Shown piece by piece: positions 53,097-64,000 of a stretch of 64,000 nt of DNA. The stretch lies in assembly GCA_018384365.1 (NCBI GenBank), contig JAHAYX010000001.1, positions 33,475 to 97,474 on the forward strand, in the 5' to 3' direction. How positions within the stretch are numbered: position 1 is the first letter of the stretch; each line of letters begins with the position of its first letter. The stretch comes from Clostridiaceae bacterium. GTDB lineage: Bacteria > Bacillota > Clostridia > Oscillospirales > QAMX01. The position numbers were made by a program, and so were the translations under genes. A model generated the notes under the pieces. That model saw nothing but the letters and a program-made list of their open reading frames with translations. It had not been told where the DNA came from and did not search any database.

Positions 53097-53573
53097 TTGG
53101 GTACCGAGAAGTCCGCAAAGAATATTGCAGGCCGTATCAGAAGTTTTGCAGAGCCGGTGGTCCGTGAACTGGGTTACGAGCTCTGGGATGTCGTTTTTGA
53201 AAAAGTCGGCAGTCTTTATGAGCTTACCGTTTACATTGATTCCGACGACGGTATCGGAATCGAGGACTGTGAAAAAGTCAGCCGGGCGCTGGATCCCCTG
53301 CTCGACCGCTATGATCCCATTTCCCAGGCCTATACGTTTTACGTTTCCTCCGCAGGACTGGAGCGCACGCTCAGCCTGCCGGAGCATTTTGAAAAATTCA
53401 TGGGACATCAGGTCGAGGTAAAGCTTTTCCGTGCCGTGGACGGCGCAAAACAGCATACAGGCGTGCTTTGTGCCTATGAAAACGGCCGCGTTACCATCGA
53501 AAACAGCGAAGAAAAGACCTTTGAACCGGCGGACATTTCCTCCGTCAGGCTGGTTTATACCGGTGAACTATAA
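53097..53573 (+). CDS. rimP: Ribosome maturation factor RimP
   Basis: 158 aa, TTG start after AAGGGGG. ELWDVVFEKVGSLYELTVYIDSDDGIGIEDCEKVSRALDPLLD is typical RimP. Confidence 0.85.
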   Translation: MGTEKSAKNIAGRIRSFAEPVVRELGYELWDVVFEKVGSLYELTVYIDSDDGIGIEDCEKVSRALDPLLDRYDPISQAYTFYVSSAGLERTLSLPEHFEKFMGHQVEVKLFRAVDGAKQHTGVLCAYENGRVTIENSEEKTFEPADISSVRLVYTGEL

Positions 53574-53606
53574 GATTTACTATTGAGTAGAAGGTGGCAC
53601 TGTCAT

Positions 53607-54668
53607 ATGAGCAAGGAAATATTCAATGCGCTGGAGCTTTTGGAAAAAGAAAAGGGCATCCCGAAGGATTATATGCTTGAGAAGATTTCTCAGGCTTTAT
53701 TGACCGCCTATAAAAGAGATCACGACGGCGCCGCCGAAAATGTGGTGATCGAGCCCGACATGGCAAAGCGGGAGCTGCGTATGTACGCGCAGAAAACGGT
53801 TGTGGAGGATGTGGAAGATCCGGAAACGGAAATCACGCTGGCTGACGCGCACGATTATGCGCGCGCCCCGCACGTCGGCGATATTGTGAATATCGAGATC
53901 CCCACCATGAATTTCGGACGCATTGCCGCGCAAACGGCAAAGCAGGTCATTATCCAGGGCATCCGGGAAGCGGAGCAGGGTCTGGTATTCCAGCGTTTTA
54001 CCTCCAACGAGCATGAGCTTGTCCCCGCCATCGTCAGCCGTGTGGATAACCGCAACGGCAGCGTGATTCTGGAAATCGGCTCCGGCGCGGAAAAGTCCGA
54101 AATTCTGCTGCCCATGAGCGAGCAGGTACGCGGCGAGCTTTTGAAGGAAGGCGACCATATCCGCGTGTATGTCGTCGAAGTGAAAAACGACAAAAACCGT
54201 CCGCGCGTCGTCATTTCCCGTACACATCCCGGCCTTGTCAAGCGTCTTTTTGAACTGAATGTTCCCGAGATCCGCGACGGTATCGTGGAAATCATGAGCA
54301 TCTCCCGCGAAGCCGGCAGCCGCACCAAGCTTGCCGTCTGGTCGCAGGATGAAGCCGTCGATCCGGTCGGCGCCTGCGTCGGCCCGCGCGGCGAGCGCGT
54401 CAACGCCATCGTGGCAGAGCTGCGCGGCGAAAAGATCGACATCGTCCGTTACAGCGAAGATCCCGCCGAATTCATTGCGTCCGCCCTGGCGCCCGCCTCC
54501 GTCATCCGCGTGGACCTGCTGGACGAAGCAAAGGCCTGCCGCGTGATCGTGCCGGATGACCAGCTTTCCCTCGCCATCGGCCGCGAAGGGCAGAATGCCC
54601 GCCTGGCCGTGAAACTGACGGGGTATAAGATTGATATCAAACCGCTGAGCCAGGTCGACTTTGAATAA
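53607..54668 (+). CDS. nusA: Transcription termination/antitermination factor NusA
   Basis: ORF 53583..54668. ATG at 53607 follows GAAGGTGG. S1 and tandem KH domains (AKQVIIQGIREAE, VGACVGPRGERV, LAIGREGQNARLA). Confidence 0.95.
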   Translation: MSKEIFNALELLEKEKGIPKDYMLEKISQALLTAYKRDHDGAAENVVIEPDMAKRELRMYAQKTVVEDVEDPETEITLADAHDYARAPHVGDIVNIEIPTMNFGRIAAQTAKQVIIQGIREAEQGLVFQRFTSNEHELVPAIVSRVDNRNGSVILEIGSGAEKSEILLPMSEQVRGELLKEGDHIRVYVVEVKNDKNRPRVVISRTHPGLVKRLFELNVPEIRDGIVEIMSISREAGSRTKLAVWSQDEAVDPVGACVGPRGERVNAIVAELRGEKIDIVRYSEDPAEFIASALAPASVIRVDLLDEAKACRVIVPDDQLSLAIGREGQNARLAVKLTGYKIDIKPLSQVDFE

Positions 54669-54692
54669 ACCTTCTTCCGGAGCGTTTTTGTT

Positions 54693-54968
54693 ATGAAGCA
54701 GAAGAAAATCCCCATGCGTCAGTGCCTCGGCTGCCGTGAGCATAAGCCGAAGCGCGAGCTGATCCGCGTCGTGCGATCGCCGGAGGGCGTGATTTCGCTT
54801 GATTTCCGCGGCAAAAGTCCGGGGCGCGGCGCCTATCTATGTCCGTCTGCCGACTGCCTTGCGCGTGTACGCAAGGCGCGCGCACTGGAACGCGCGTTTG
54901 AATGTACCATACCCGATGAGATTTACGACGCCCTGGCCAGCCAGATGGAGGAGCATACGGTTGAATAA
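54693..54968 (+). CDS. ylxR: YlxR/RnpM-family (DUF448) RNA-binding protein
   Basis: 91 aa. PMRQCLGCREHKPKRELIRVV...GRGAYLC. Confidence 0.85.
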   Translation: MKQKKIPMRQCLGCREHKPKRELIRVVRSPEGVISLDFRGKSPGRGAYLCPSADCLARVRKARALERAFECTIPDEIYDALASQMEEHTVE

Positions 54969-55314
54969 AGAGTTGTCCCTGTTAAGTCTTGCAAAGAAAG
55001 CCGGAAAACTTTCCGTCGGCAACGATGCCGTGCTGGAAGCGCTTCATACCGGGCGGGCCCGGCTCGTGATTCTGGCCGCCGATGCGGCAGAAAATACCGT
55101 CAGGCGGTTTTCAAACCGGCACGGTGATGTGCCGTTTGAAATACTGCCCTATTCAAAGGAAACGCTCGGCGCCGCCATCGGTTATAAAAGTTGTGCCGCC
55201 GCCGCGCTTTGCGACGAGGGATTTACCGGCGCGTTTTGTAAAGCGAGGTCCCTTTCCTCCGGGGCAGACCCGGACGAAAGTTTAGATAGAAAGCCAAAGG
55301 AAACGAACAACTAA
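54961..55314 (+). CDS. L7Ae/YlxQ-family ribosomal-protein-like RNA-binding protein
   Basis: Within ORF 54799..55314. TTG at 54961 overlaps the ylxR stop (TTG at 54973 is an alternative). LLSLAKKAGKLSVGNDAVLEALHTGRARLVILAADAAENT is the L7Ae fold signature. Confidence 0.7.
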   Translation: MNKELSLLSLAKKAGKLSVGNDAVLEALHTGRARLVILAADAAENTVRRFSNRHGDVPFEILPYSKETLGAAIGYKSCAAAALCDEGFTGAFCKARSLSSGADPDESLDRKPKETNN

Positions 55315-55335
55315 ATTACGGAGGTGCCCCTTAAC

Positions 55336-57918
55336 TTGAGTACGATATTAAAATACAGAATACATGAGCTTGCAAAGGATTTCGGTGTACCCTCCAAGGT
55401 CATAATGGATATTTTGGCGCAGTACGGGACGATACCGAAAAACCATATGCAGATCCTGACGGACGACGAATTGAATTATCTTTTTGATTATCTGACGCAG
55501 GAAAACCAGACTGCGGATATCAATGCGGCCCTGATGGCTCAACTCAAACGTCAGGAGGAAAAAATCGTGCCGAAAAAGGCTGAAACCAAAGAAACGCCCG
55601 CGCAGCCCGCTGCCGGAAAGAAGCCCGCCGCTCCCGCGGCAGCAGAAAAGCCGGCGCAGGCGGCCGAAGTGAAACCCGCCGAACAACCGAAGGAAGTGCA
55701 AAAGCAGCCTGCGAAGCCGCAGGAGGCTCCGCAGCAGTCCGCTGCGCAGAAACAGGCTCCCCGCCAGGGCAGCAGCCGTCAGAATCGCTTTGAAAACGCC
55801 GCGCCCATGCAGCCGCGTCAGCCAAAGCGCGAGCAGAAGAAGCCGCAGCCGCGCCGTGAGCAGCCTGCGCAGACGGTCATCCCGCGCGGACCCGTAAGCG
55901 ATGATACGCCGGCCGTTTCCGTTGTCTCCGAAGCGCCGAAGAGCGCCCAGAAGCAGCGCCATGTCGATACGAGAGGTACCAGCGTGAATCTGGACCGCTA
56001 CGACGACCGTATTGACTCCCTCGTGCCGGATCGTGCACAGAATATGTCGCAGTCCTCCAAGCAGAAGCTCACGAAAAAGAATTCGGACCGCCGCTCCTTC
56101 GGCTCCAAGCGTCGCAATGAGGAGCAGGAGAAGCTGCGCCGCCTCCAGCAGGAAGTGGCAAAGGCAAAGCCCCTGAAGGTTCTGATTCCGGACGAAATTG
56201 CCGTCGGCGAGCTTGCTTCCCGCATGAAAAAGACCGCCTCTGAGGTCATCAAGCAGTTGATGAAGCTTGGCGTGATGGCCAGTGTCTCGCAGTTTATCGA
56301 CTTTGATACCGCGTCCCTCGTCGCCATGGAACTGGGCGCCGAAGTGGAACGCGAAGTGATCGTCACCATAGAAGACCGCCTGATTGACCGTACCGAGGAT
56401 ACCGAGGAGCAGCTTGTTCCGCGCAGCCCGGTCGTGGTCGTGATGGGTCACGTCGACCACGGCAAAACCAGCCTGCTCGACGCCATCCGCAAAACCAATG
56501 TTGCAGCCGGTGAAGCCGGCGGCATCACCCAGCACATCGGTGCGTACCGTGTGAAGCTGGGCGACCGCGACATCACCTTCATCGACACGCCCGGTCACGC
56601 CGCCTTCACCGAAATGCGTGCGCGCGGCGCGCAGATCACGGACGTTGTCATTTTGATTGTTGCTGCGGACGACGGCATCATGCCGCAGACCGTGGAGGCA
56701 ATCAACCATGCAAAAGCCGCAAATGTCCCGATTGTTGTCGCAGTCAATAAGATTGATAAGCAGAATGCACAGCCCGACCGTGTGCTGCAGCAGCTCACGG
56801 AGTATGGTCTGGTGCCCGAGGAATGGGGCGGCGACACCATCGTCTGTAAAATCAGCGCCCTGAAGGGTGAAGGCATCGACAATCTGCTTGAAATGGTCCT
56901 GCTGACCGCAGATATGCTGGAACTCAAAGCCAACCCCGACCGTCCCGCCAGCGGTACGGTTATCGAGGCACGTCTGGACCGCGGCCGCGGCCCGGTTGCC
57001 ACCGTGCTTGTCCAGAACGGCACGCTGCACGCGGGCGATACGATTATCGCCGGCAAGTCCGTCGGTCACGTCCGTGTCATGACGAGCGACCGCGGCCAGC
57101 GCATCACGGACGCCGAGCCGTCCGTACCGGTCGAAATCGTCGGCCTGGGCGATGTGCCGGAGGCCGGTGACGAGTTCTTTGCCGTTGCGGATGAGCGCAT
57201 GGCGCGCGAGCTTGTCGAGCAGCGTATTGCGGAGGACAAGGAAGCGCAGGCCAAGGCCGTTCAGCGCGTATCGCTTGATTCGCTCTTCTCCTACATCAAG
57301 GAAGGCGAAATGAAGGAACTGAATCTCATCGTCAAGGCCGATGTGCGCGGCACCAGTGAGGCCGTTTCTGCATCGCTTGAGAAACTGACCAACGACGAAG
57401 TGCGTGTCCGCGTCATCCATCAGGCTGTCGGCGCCATCAATGAATCCGACGTTATGCTGGCTTCCGCATCCAATGCCATTATCATTGGCTTTAATGTGCG
57501 TCCTTCCGCCGAGGTTGTCGACAGTGCAAAGCGCCAGAAGGTCGATATCCGTCTCTACCGCGTCATTTATGACTGCCTGGAGGAGATGGAAGCGGCCATG
57601 AAGGGTATGCTTGCACCCAAGTTCCAGGAGAATGTACTCGGACGTGTGGAAGTCCGCCAGACCTTCAAGGTTTCCGGCGTCGGTACGATTGCGGGCTGCT
57701 ATGTCCAGAACGGCAAGATCGTCCGCGCCTGCAAGGTGCGCCTTGTGCGTGACGGCGTGGTCATCCACGAGGGCGAGCTTGCCTCCCTGAAACGCTTTAA
57801 AGACGATGCACGCGAAGTTGCCGCCGGTTACGAGTGCGGCTGTTCGATTGAAAAATATAATAATATCAAGGTTGGGGACATCATTGAGTCCTATGTGATG
57901 GAGGAAGTTGCAAGATAA
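55336..57918 (+). CDS. infB: Translation initiation factor IF-2
   Basis: ORF 55324..57918. TTG at 55336 is 11 nt after ACGGAGG; GTG at 55324 is too close to the RBS. Contains the G domain [25 protein letters not shown]. Confidence 0.95.
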   Translation: MSTILKYRIHELAKDFGVPSKVIMDILAQYGTIPKNHMQILTDDELNYLFDYLTQENQTADINAALMAQLKRQEEKIVPKKAETKETPAQPAAGKKPAAPAAAEKPAQAAEVKPAEQPKEVQKQPAKPQEAPQQSAAQKQAPRQGSSRQNRFENAAPMQPRQPKREQKKPQPRREQPAQTVIPRGPVSDDTPAVSVVSEAPKSAQKQRHVDTRGTSVNLDRYDDRIDSLVPDRAQNMSQSSKQKLTKKNSDRRSFGSKRRNEEQEKLRRLQQEVAKAKPLKVLIPDEIAVGELASRMKKTASEVIKQLMKLGVMASVSQFIDFDTASLVAMELGAEVEREVIVTIEDRLIDRTEDTEEQLVPRSPVVVVMGHVDHGKTSLLDAIRKTNVAAGEAGGITQHIGAYRVKLGDRDITFIDTPGHAAFTEMRARGAQITDVVILIVAADDGIMPQTVEAINHAKAANVPIVVAVNKIDKQNAQPDRVLQQLTEYGLVPEEWGGDTIVCKISALKGEGIDNLLEMVLLTADMLELKANPDRPASGTVIEARLDRGRGPVATVLVQNGTLHAGDTIIAGKSVGHVRVMTSDRGQRITDAEPSVPVEIVGLGDVPEAGDEFFAVADERMARELVEQRIAEDKEAQAKAVQRVSLDSLFSYIKEGEMKELNLIVKADVRGTSEAVSASLEKLTNDEVRVRVIHQAVGAINESDVMLASASNAIIIGFNVRPSAEVVDSAKRQKVDIRLYRVIYDCLEEMEAAMKGMLAPKFQENVLGRVEVRQTFKVSGVGTIAGCYVQNGKIVRACKVRLVRDGVVIHEGELASLKRFKDDAREVAAGYECGCSIEKYNNIKVGDIIESYVMEEVAR

Positions 57919-59231
57919 TGGCTAACAACCGTATCAACCGCATCAGCAGCGAATATATGCAGGCTCTTGCCGCCTGTATGCGCACCTTAAAGGATCCGCG
58001 CGTGCAGGGTTTTGTCAGCATCACACGCTGCGAAGTCACAAACGACCTGCGTTACGCCCGCGTGTTCATCAGCGTTTTGGGCGATGAAACCGCCGCGCGC
58101 GACGCCATGCGCGGCCTGAAATCAGCGTCCGGCTATCTGCGCCGCGAGGTTGCGCAGAAAGTGGGCCTGCGCGCTGCACCGGAACCGGTGTTCCATCTGG
58201 ATGATTCGATACGGCATGGTGCTTCCATTCTCTCCGTCATCCACGACATTGAAAATGCACCGCCTCCCCCGCCTGTTACGGTGCGCTATACCGCCGAAGA
58301 GGCCGCTGCGCTCCTCAAAGAACACGACAATTTCCTGATTATCACCCATCGCCGTCCGGACGGCGATACGCTCGGCAGCGCTGCGGCGCTTTGTCTGGCG
58401 CTGCGCGCGCTCGACAAAACGGCATATCTCTTCCGGAATCCGGAGGTGACGCCGAAATACAAATGGGTCGTTGAGGGCCTGGAGGCAGAATCCGGCTTTG
58501 AGCCGGAAACCGTGCTCTCCGTTGATGTGGCGGATCTCTCGCTCTTCCCCGCAGACGCAAAGGTCTATGGCAGCCGCATCGACCTGTCGATCGACCATCA
58601 CGACAGTTCCCGCGCATTCTCCCGCGCCCTGTGGAGCAATCCGCACGCGGCCGCAACCGGCGAAATGATCCTGCACATCATTGACCTTTTGGAGGTTCCG
58701 CTGGATGAAAACATTGCCGATGCGCTTTACACCGCGATTTCAACGGATACCGGCTGTTTCAAGTTTTCCAGTGTAACGGCCGATACCTTCACTGCTGCGG
58801 CACGCTGCGCCGAGGCCGGCGCCGACGTGGCCGGGCTGAATCTGGATCTTTTCATCATCAAATCTCCCAACCGCATCAAGCTGGAAGGCGCCGTGCAGGC
58901 CAATATGCAGTTTTTTGAGGCGGGACGCATTGCGCTGGTGAAAATTGACCGCACCATGATCGAATCCATGCAGATCACCATAGATGATCTGGATGGGATC
59001 GCCGCAATTTCCCGGAATATCGAGGGGGTTGAAATCGGCATTACCATCACGGAACAGGACGACGGCTGTAAAATTTCCGTTCGTACCTCTTCTCGCATCA
59101 ATGCCGCAGAAATCTGCGAAAAATTCGGTGGGGGTGGACATCGCGCCGCCGCCGGATGCAATCTAAACGGCGAAATTAACGCAGTTGGCGAGCAGCTCGT
59201 TGCCGCCGCGCGTGAAGTATTATTGAAATAG
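57918..59231 (+). CDS. rbfA: RbfA fused in frame to a DHH/DHHA1 phosphoesterase (NrnA-like)
   Basis: 437 aa. Residues ~1-115 are ribosome-binding factor A (RINRISSEYMQALA...ITRCEVTNDLRYARVFISV...). A PPPPP linker follows. The rest is DHH (HRRPDGDTLGS, DVAD, IDHHDSS) plus DHHA1 (GGGGHRAAAG). Confidence 0.85.
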   Translation: MANNRINRISSEYMQALAACMRTLKDPRVQGFVSITRCEVTNDLRYARVFISVLGDETAARDAMRGLKSASGYLRREVAQKVGLRAAPEPVFHLDDSIRHGASILSVIHDIENAPPPPPVTVRYTAEEAAALLKEHDNFLIITHRRPDGDTLGSAAALCLALRALDKTAYLFRNPEVTPKYKWVVEGLEAESGFEPETVLSVDVADLSLFPADAKVYGSRIDLSIDHHDSSRAFSRALWSNPHAAATGEMILHIIDLLEVPLDENIADALYTAISTDTGCFKFSSVTADTFTAAARCAEAGADVAGLNLDLFIIKSPNRIKLEGAVQANMQFFEAGRIALVKIDRTMIESMQITIDDLDGIAAISRNIEGVEIGITITEQDDGCKISVRTSSRINAAEICEKFGGGGHRAAAGCNLNGEINAVGEQLVAAAREVLLK

Positions 59232-59242
59232 GTGGTGTGTCT

Positions 59243-59791
59243 ATGAAAAATGTCTTGCTGTTGGGCGATTCGATTCGTATGCAGTATCAGCCGAAGGTCA
59301 AGGAAAAGCTGAAAGGCCGTGCAAACGTTTACGGGCCTGTTGAAAACTGCCGCTGGTCGGGCTATACGCTGAACTCCCTGCGCTTCTGGATCCCGCAGAT
59401 GCCGGACGCGGATATCGTCCACTGGAACAACGGCATCTGGGACATCGGCGACGACTACGAGGAAGGCCATTCCTTCACCTCTCTTGAGGAATATGAACGC
59501 GATCTGCACCGCACGATCCGCGTGCTGCGCCGCCTCATTTCACCGGATGTAAAGATCATCATGGCAACGACTACACCCTGGCCGCTTCACACGCTGGAGA
59601 AGGTCGAGCGTTACAACGAAGTGCTCTGCCGCGTAGCAGCAGACGAGGGGCTGGTTGTGGATGATCTCTACACACCGCTGCGTCCTGAGGTTGACAACAT
59701 CCTGCTGCCGGACCGTACCCACCTGAACGAAAAAGGCATTGGCATGGCAACCGAACTGGTCACCAAAGCAATCGAGCCCTATCTGGACTAA
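59243..59791 (+). CDS. SGNH/GDSL-family hydrolase
   Basis: ORF 59237..59791. ATG at 59243 is 7 nt after AGGTGG. VLLLGDSIR (Ser block I), HWNNGIWD, DRTHLN (block V). Confidence 0.75.
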   Translation: MKNVLLLGDSIRMQYQPKVKEKLKGRANVYGPVENCRWSGYTLNSLRFWIPQMPDADIVHWNNGIWDIGDDYEEGHSFTSLEEYERDLHRTIRVLRRLISPDVKIIMATTTPWPLHTLEKVERYNEVLCRVAADEGLVVDDLYTPLRPEVDNILLPDRTHLNEKGIGMATELVTKAIEPYLD

Positions 59792-59796
59792 GTTTG

Positions 59797-59832
59797 AAAG
59801 CCTCCTGTCCGAACTGGCAGGAGGCTTTATTT
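59797..59832 (+). terminator. Terminator of the nusA-infB operon
   Basis: AAAGCCTCCTG-loop-CAGGAGGCTTT followed by ATTT. Confidence 0.75.
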
Positions 59833-59849
59833 CACATGGGAGGTTTTTC

Positions 59850-60536
59850 ATGGAAACGAAACGGCCGTTTCGTGTTTTTTGCGTGATATTGGCGGCGCTT
59901 TCTGTATGCAGTGCCGTTTATACGGTGCTCCAGCGTGCCCTGATCGCCATGGTGGAACGTCTGGCGCCATCCAGTATCGATCTTTTCCTGCGCGGCAGCA
60001 GTCTGGCGCAGCTTCTGCTGTTCATAGCAGGCACAGGCGTCTGCCTGGTCTGTGCCGCACTGTTCTCACGCGGCCGTCTGCGTGCGGCCCTGTTCGTCCT
60101 GGCCGCCGGACAAGGATGTATTTTGAGCTGCAACCTGCTTTCCACATTCATCCGGGCGTATTCCATGCAGTTTTCACTGGCGGCAGCGCTGCTCAGCGCC
60201 TGCTGCACCCTTGTGGGGTATGGACTGCTGGCCCACGCCGTTTCGGAGCTCGATCTGCGCGTAACCGGATGGCTGGCCGCCATTCTGACCGGCGCAAATC
60301 AGCTTTGTTCCGCGCTTTCCGTTTTCTCCGCGCTGATGATGAATGCAGGATCCTTTGCTTTATGGTTTACGCTGTTTGTACAGACAGCGCAGGTTTCCTC
60401 TGTACTCTCCATCATCGCCAGTGTCCTGCAAGCGTTTGTCTTTCTGCTTCTGTTGTTTGCCGCGCAGCGTGCGGCGGCAGCTCCTGCATTGCCCACCGCG
60501 CCGCAGCAGGACGATAATCCACCGCAGGAATCCTGA
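59850..60536 (+). CDS. Hypothetical integral membrane protein
   Basis: ORF 59739..60536. ATG at 59850 follows GGGAGG. About 6 TM segments. No family recognised. Confidence 0.5.
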   Translation: METKRPFRVFCVILAALSVCSAVYTVLQRALIAMVERLAPSSIDLFLRGSSLAQLLLFIAGTGVCLVCAALFSRGRLRAALFVLAAGQGCILSCNLLSTFIRAYSMQFSLAAALLSACCTLVGYGLLAHAVSELDLRVTGWLAAILTGANQLCSALSVFSALMMNAGSFALWFTLFVQTAQVSSVLSIIASVLQAFVFLLLLFAAQRAAAAPALPTAPQQDDNPPQES

Positions 60537-60758
60537 GAAACACAAAAATACAGACATCGGAAAGCTTACTTTTCCGGTGTCTTTTCTCCTTTTTGCGAGA
60601 AAATCAGCACCTTTTTCTTCTTTCCGGTCCGTATTTACGTTATCGTGCCATTTTTTCAGATTTTATGGAAATTCCAGTCGATTTTATGCAATTTTCTTGC
60701 TTTCACGAACCGGGTACGATACAATAGCAGTAATAATCTGATTCGGAGGGACGTGCCT

Positions 60759-62252
60759 ATGGCTTTACTGTTTGTAAACGAAGCAAGAACATATTCTAAA
60801 ATCAATAAGAATATTTACGGTCATTTCACCGAGCATCTCGGAAACTGTATCTACGGCGGTATCTATGTCGGGGAGGACAGCAAAATCCCGAATGTACGCG
60901 GTATCCGCAGCGACGTCGTGGAGGCACTGCGTCACATCCGTGTCCCGATCGTCCGCTGGCCGGGCGGCTGTTTCGCGGAATACTATAACTGGATGGACGG
61001 CATCGGCCCGAAGGAAAACCGTAAGTGCATCGTGAATACCTCCTGGGGCGGCGTCACGGAGGACAACTCCTTCGGCACGCATGAATTCCTGGATTTCTGT
61101 GAGCAGATCGGCTGCGAACCGTATATCACGGGCAACATCTGCGCCGGCAACCCGCGTGAGCTTAGCGATTGGCTTGATTATGTAAACTTCTCCGGAAAAT
61201 CCCCCATGTCCGACCTGCGCCGTCAAAACGGCCGCGAAGAGCCGTGGAAAGTCCGCTATGTCGGCATCGGAAATGAAAACTGGGGCGGCGGCGGCAATAT
61301 GCGTCCGGAATATTATGCCGATATGTTCCGCCAGTTTGCTTCCTATATCCGCCGCAACAACCGCGGCCTGTATACCGCTGCCTGCGGCGCAAACGGCGCG
61401 GACTACGAATGGACGGAGAAGCTGATGCAGATCATCGGCCCGCGCATGAATGGTCTTGCCCTGCATTTCTACACCATGCCGGAGTATTACGCCAATATCG
61501 AGCGTTTCCCGTGGGAGAAAAAGGGGCCGGCAACCGGTTTTGACCTCGGCAACTATTACCGCACCCTGACGCGTACACTGGATATGGATACGCTGATCGA
61601 GCGGCACAAAGCCATCATGGACATCTATGATCCGCAGCGCAAAGTGGACCTCGTCGTGGACGAATGGGGCGCCTGGCATCTGCCGGAGCCCGGTACGAAC
61701 CCCGGATTCCTCTTCCAGCAGAACACCATGCGCGACGCCATCGTGGCTGCAGTCAACCTGAACATCTTCAATAAGTATTCCGAGCGCGTAACCATGGCAA
61801 ACCTCGCGCAGATGATCAACGTGATCCAGTCCGTCATCCTGACAAAGGGCGAGGAGATGATTCTGACGCCGACTTATCACGTTTTCGATCTTTACAAAGC
61901 ACATCAGGATGCTACGCTGATCGAAAGCCATGTCCAGCAGAATCTGGTTGGCACGGAAGAAACCCAGGTTCCGGCCCTCCACGCCAGTGCCTCGGTTGAC
62001 GCGCAGGGCGACGTCCATGTGACGGTGGCAAACCTCTGCGCCACGGAAAGCCAGACCATTGAGGCTGTGCTGGAAGGCCGCAAGTTCAGTTCCGTGCAGG
62101 TGCGTTACCTGGCCGGCGACATGAACGACCACAACGAGTTCGGCAAAGAGCCCACAGTCTTTATCCGTGAGATGACAGGCGTGGAGCTGAAAGACAACGG
62201 CTTCACAATGGAAATGCCCGCCTGCTCCGTTGCGGAAATCACGCTTCGTTAA
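60759..62252 (+). CDS. Alpha-L-arabinofuranosidase, GH51
   Basis: ORF 60645..62252. ATG at 60759 follows [51 protein letters not shown] (acid/base Glu). Confidence 0.9.
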   Translation: MALLFVNEARTYSKINKNIYGHFTEHLGNCIYGGIYVGEDSKIPNVRGIRSDVVEALRHIRVPIVRWPGGCFAEYYNWMDGIGPKENRKCIVNTSWGGVTEDNSFGTHEFLDFCEQIGCEPYITGNICAGNPRELSDWLDYVNFSGKSPMSDLRRQNGREEPWKVRYVGIGNENWGGGGNMRPEYYADMFRQFASYIRRNNRGLYTAACGANGADYEWTEKLMQIIGPRMNGLALHFYTMPEYYANIERFPWEKKGPATGFDLGNYYRTLTRTLDMDTLIERHKAIMDIYDPQRKVDLVVDEWGAWHLPEPGTNPGFLFQQNTMRDAIVAAVNLNIFNKYSERVTMANLAQMINVIQSVILTKGEEMILTPTYHVFDLYKAHQDATLIESHVQQNLVGTEETQVPALHASASVDAQGDVHVTVANLCATESQTIEAVLEGRKFSSVQVRYLAGDMNDHNEFGKEPTVFIREMTGVELKDNGFTMEMPACSVAEITLR

Positions 62253-62265
62253 CCCAATCCAACAA

Positions 62266-62312
62266 AACAAAACCCCCGACCGGGATGATTCCGGCCGGGG
62301 GTTTCTCTTTTT
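62266..62312. terminator. Bidirectional terminator between the convergent GH51 genes
   Basis: AAAACCCCCGaCCGG-loop-CCGGcCGGGGGTTT flanked by A-rich and T-rich tracts. Confidence 0.8.
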
Positions 62313-62315
62313 CGC

Positions 62316-64000
<1,685 letters not shown>

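Noticed and set aside
55560-55900. Repetitive A/P/K/Q-rich coding stretch that looks like a tandem repeat.
   Set aside because: It is the low-complexity N-terminal linker typical of IF-2. No regular DNA repeat unit was seen.
57898-57920. Apparent read-through of infB into rbfA. My hand count of the printed bases near 57901 differed by 1 nt from the ORF track.
   Set aside because: The ORF track gives a TAATG stop/start overlap at 57916..57920, with the two ORFs in different frames. I treated this as my counting error and used the track coordinates.

Overview
Visibly GC-rich chromosomal segment from a spore-forming Firmicute. It looks Clostridia-like: cotJABC, a T-box leader, AGGAGG-type RBSs, TTGACA/TATAAT-type promoters and many ATGA-coupled genes. 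No rRNA, CRISPR array, transposase or phage structural gene was seen. Gene content, left to right: mscL 3' end, DUF1273, Asp23-DAK2 (yloU/yloV-like), pflB-pflA, an FMN-dependent hydroxyacid dehydrogenase-like gene, a GH95 fucosidase, tRNA-Ser(GGA), an AraC/GyrI regulator, two translationally coupled MutS-domain-V ATPase paralogs, an orphan solute-binding lipoprotein, nifS-nifU-rrf2, bioY-bioB-bioD-bioA divergent from birA, an uncharacterised glycyl-radical enzyme with its activase, an HD-GYP protein, a CDP-alcohol phosphatidyltransferase, a PspC/ABC-2 exporter operon, tRNA-Ser(TGA) and tRNA-Ser(GCT), a nucleotidyltransferase, a PflX-type radical SAM gene, a second paralogous lipoprotein, an ECF S-component divergent from a short MocR regulator, T-box-proS, cotJA-cotJB-cotJC, rimP-nusA-ylxR-L7Ae-infB-(rbfA::DHH fusion)-SGNH, a membrane protein, two convergent GH51 arabinofuranosidases and a trkH-like 3' end. 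Main finding: cotJC is cut in two (42356..42447 and 52292..52796) by a 9,844-bp insert. The insert ends in a large serine recombinase and carries esterase, glycosidase, MBL and MATE cargo. Precise deletion restores an in-frame, full-length CotJC, and the deduced attP is a near-symmetric inverted repeat centred on a GG dinucleotide present at both junctions. This looks like a skin/SPbeta-type sporulation intervening element in a target gene I do not recall being described. All calls come from reading the ORF translations and the DNA by eye. No database search or computation was run. Hand-counted coordinates of non-ORF features may be off by 1-2 nt.
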